DNA from: an uncultured SAR86 cluster bacterium
Lineage (GTDB): Bacteria; Pseudomonadota; Gammaproteobacteria; Magnimaribacterales; D2472
Direction: 5' to 3'
Assembly: GCA_964275585.1 (NCBI GenBank)
Contig: CAXYCJ010000013.1
Location: 152,021-216,020, forward strand
DNA: 64,000 nucleotides
Shown: one piece after another, positions 62,132 to 64,000 of the stretch
Layout of the letters: every line of letters begins with the position of its first letter
How positions within the stretch are numbered: position 1 is the stretch's first letter
The notes under the pieces: generated by a model
The model's input: only the letters and a program-made list of their open reading frames with translations
Database searches by the model: none
What the model was told of the DNA's origin: nothing
Program-made: the position numbers and the translations under genes

Positions 62132-64000
62132 ATGAGAAAACTTCTTACCTCACTTTTATTGCTGATAGTTTTTAGTGTATGTATTTTCTTTGGCGGAGCT
62201 GTATTAAAAATATTTGGCAGTCTTGATGGTCCTGGTGTTATTGAAGGGAAAGTGCTTCCAAGCAATGTTGTTGAGGATCGAGCAAATAGAGTCAACCTTG
62301 TCAAATCTGAGCTAGAAGTTCTAGATGATAAACAGATTCTTTTTGGTGATCTCCATGTCCATACAACATATTCAACAGATGCATTTATGTGGTCTTTGCC
62401 TTTTATGAATGGAAAGGGAGCATCTCCCATTGCAGATGCATGTGATTATGCAAGATTTTGTTCAGCTTTAGATTTTTGGTCAATCAATGACCATGCTGAA
62501 GCAAGCACACCTAGAAAGTGGCTTGATACGAAAGAAAGTATCCAACAGTGCAATAACTTATCAGAGGGTACTGACGACTTGGTTAGTTTTTTAGGATGGG
62601 AATGGACTCAAGTTGATCCTACTCCTGAAGATCATTATGGCCATAAAAATGTTATGTTTTTAGAAACAGATGACTCTTTGGTTCCACCAAGAGCAATTGG
62701 CTCAGGAGGAGTTGCTCCTTTAGTTATGAGACTTGGATTACCTTGGACAATGTCTGCTTTGCCTGCAACATTAGATTTTAAAAATAGAGGTAGATTTTTT
62801 GCATTCGACAAATTCTTTGAAGAGATTCAAGCTACGCCTATATGCCCTGAGGGAGTTAATACAAAAGATCTTCCATTAAATTGTTACGAAGAAGCAACTA
62901 ATCCAAATATTCTTTTTCAGAAATTGAAGGATTGGGATACTCCTTACATGGTTATTCCTCACGGCACAACATGGGGCTTCTATACCCCCCCAACATCGGA
63001 CTGGAAAAAACAACTAAAAGATTTTCAGGACGACGACTCACAATTCTTATTTGAGATTTATTCAGGCCATGGTAACTCTGAAGAATATAGAGTATGGAAT
63101 GATGCAAACACAAATTCCTCTGGAGAAATATTTTGTTCAGAAGGAACCGAGAATTTCATACCAACTTGTTATCAAGCTGGCAAAATCATGGCCAAAAGAT
63201 GCGAAGATTCTGGGTTAGATGAACAGACTTGTAAGTATTTGGTAGACCAAACAAAATTATTTTCTGCTCAAATGGGTTCAACAGGATATGCAGCAGTCAA
63301 TGAAACTGCTCCGGATGATTTTTTAAATGCAGGCCAATGCAATGATTGTTTTTTACCATCTTTCAACTATAGGCCCCTAGGCTCAGCACAGTATGTTTTA
63401 GCTCTAAGTGATTTTACTGATAAGCAAAATCCAAAACGCTTTAAGTTTGGGTTTATTGGCTCAAGTGATAATCATGGTGCTCGACCTGGAACTGGTTATA
63501 AAGAAATTGATCGGCTTTATAATACTGAGGCTAACGGCTTCAGCGACCCACTGTTTGAAAAGTTGGGTTCTTTAAGACGCCCCAAGGGTAAATTAGAACC
63601 TTCCTTTGTAGATTTAGGCAATACTTCCTTGACCAGTATCTTAGATTTAAATATTGCAACAGATGCTGAAAGGCAAAGTGCATACTTTATGACGGGCGGC
63701 TTGGTGGCAGCTCATTCATCTTCTAGAAGTCGAGGCTCTATTTGGAATGCATTAGAACGTAAGGAAGTTTACGCAACTTCTGGTCCAAGAATATTATTAT
63801 GGTTTGATGCGCAGACTGAATCTGAGTCTCTGGCCATGGGATCTGAGGTTAGCGTAAGCCAATCTCCTGTATTTACAGTTAAGGCAGCTGGATCATTGAA
63901 ACAAAAGCCAGGATGTCCTGAGTCAAGTACGGGAGGATTAACCAAAGATAGGCTAGAAAAGATTTGTAATTCTGAGTGCTACAACCCAAGCAATGAAAGA
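62132..64000 (+). CDS. DUF3604 (PHP-like metallohydrolase) protein, runs off the window end
   Basis: Not in the ORF track; ATG at 62132 follows AGGAG; N-terminal TM segment, FGDLHVHTTYSTDA, INDHAE, FGFIGSSDNH and EVYATSGPRI in one frame. Confidence 0.85.
   Translation, partial: MRKLLTSLLLLIVFSVCIFFGGAVLKIFGSLDGPGVIEGKVLPSNVVEDRANRVNLVKSELEVLDDKQILFGDLHVHTTYSTDAFMWSLPFMNGKGASPIADACDYARFCSALDFWSINDHAEASTPRKWLDTKESIQQCNNLSEGTDDLVSFLGWEWTQVDPTPEDHYGHKNVMFLETDDSLVPPRAIGSGGVAPLVMRLGLPWTMSALPATLDFKNRGRFFAFDKFFEEIQATPICPEGVNTKDLPLNCYEEATNPNILFQKLKDWDTPYMVIPHGTTWGFYTPPTSDWKKQLKDFQDDDSQFLFEIYSGHGNSEEYRVWNDANTNSSGEIFCSEGTENFIPTCYQAGKIMAKRCEDSGLDEQTCKYLVDQTKLFSAQMGSTGYAAVNETAPDDFLNAGQCNDCFLPSFNYRPLGSAQYVLALSDFTDKQNPKRFKFGFIGSSDNHGARPGTGYKEIDRLYNTEANGFSDPLFEKLGSLRRPKGKLEPSFVDLGNTSLTSILDLNIATDAERQSAYFMTGGLVAAHSSSRSRGSIWNALERKEVYATSGPRILLWFDAQTESESLAMGSEVSVSQSPVFTVKAAGSLKQKPGCPESSTGGLTKDRLEKICNSECYNPSNER

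Overview
This is an AT-rich, densely packed chromosome segment from a streamlined gammaproteobacterium; a SAR86-like marine lineage is my inference from gene content and tiny spacers. Core blocks are rsmE-gshB-tonB-ruvX-dnaG-rpoD-tRNA(CAT) on the left and cobT/cobS, tesB, hemE-gltD/gltB-aroB-aroK, mrcA, slmA-algC, ilvE, lpxL/waaA, P-II, miaA-hflK-hflC-purA and a truncated DUF3604 gene on the right. An accessory region of about 21 kb follows the tRNA. It starts with an MMPL/LolA-like/DUF1302 cassette bounded by a duplicate of the tRNA 3' end, then a methylated-compound/C1 cluster (ALDH, HD-domain protein, BBOX-like dioxygenase, malonyl-CoA decarboxylase, fhs, NAD-FDH, HPP, metF, DmdA-like, GcvT-like, DMG-dehydrogenase-like, bhmT). 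Two leads stand out. (1) There are two SAM-II-like riboswitches, one in front of bhmT and one in front of an uncharacterised Fe/2OG-dioxygenase + HD-domain pair, which suggests an undescribed SAM-repressed route supplying methyl donor or methionine. (2) GltD carries an N-terminal domain resembling an integrase arm-type DNA-binding domain, gltB is flipped out of its usual operon, and the shared 55-bp promoter holds a 10-bp-period direct repeat. No CRISPR, rRNA, or intact integrase or transposase was seen. All family assignments come from motif recognition, not database searches.
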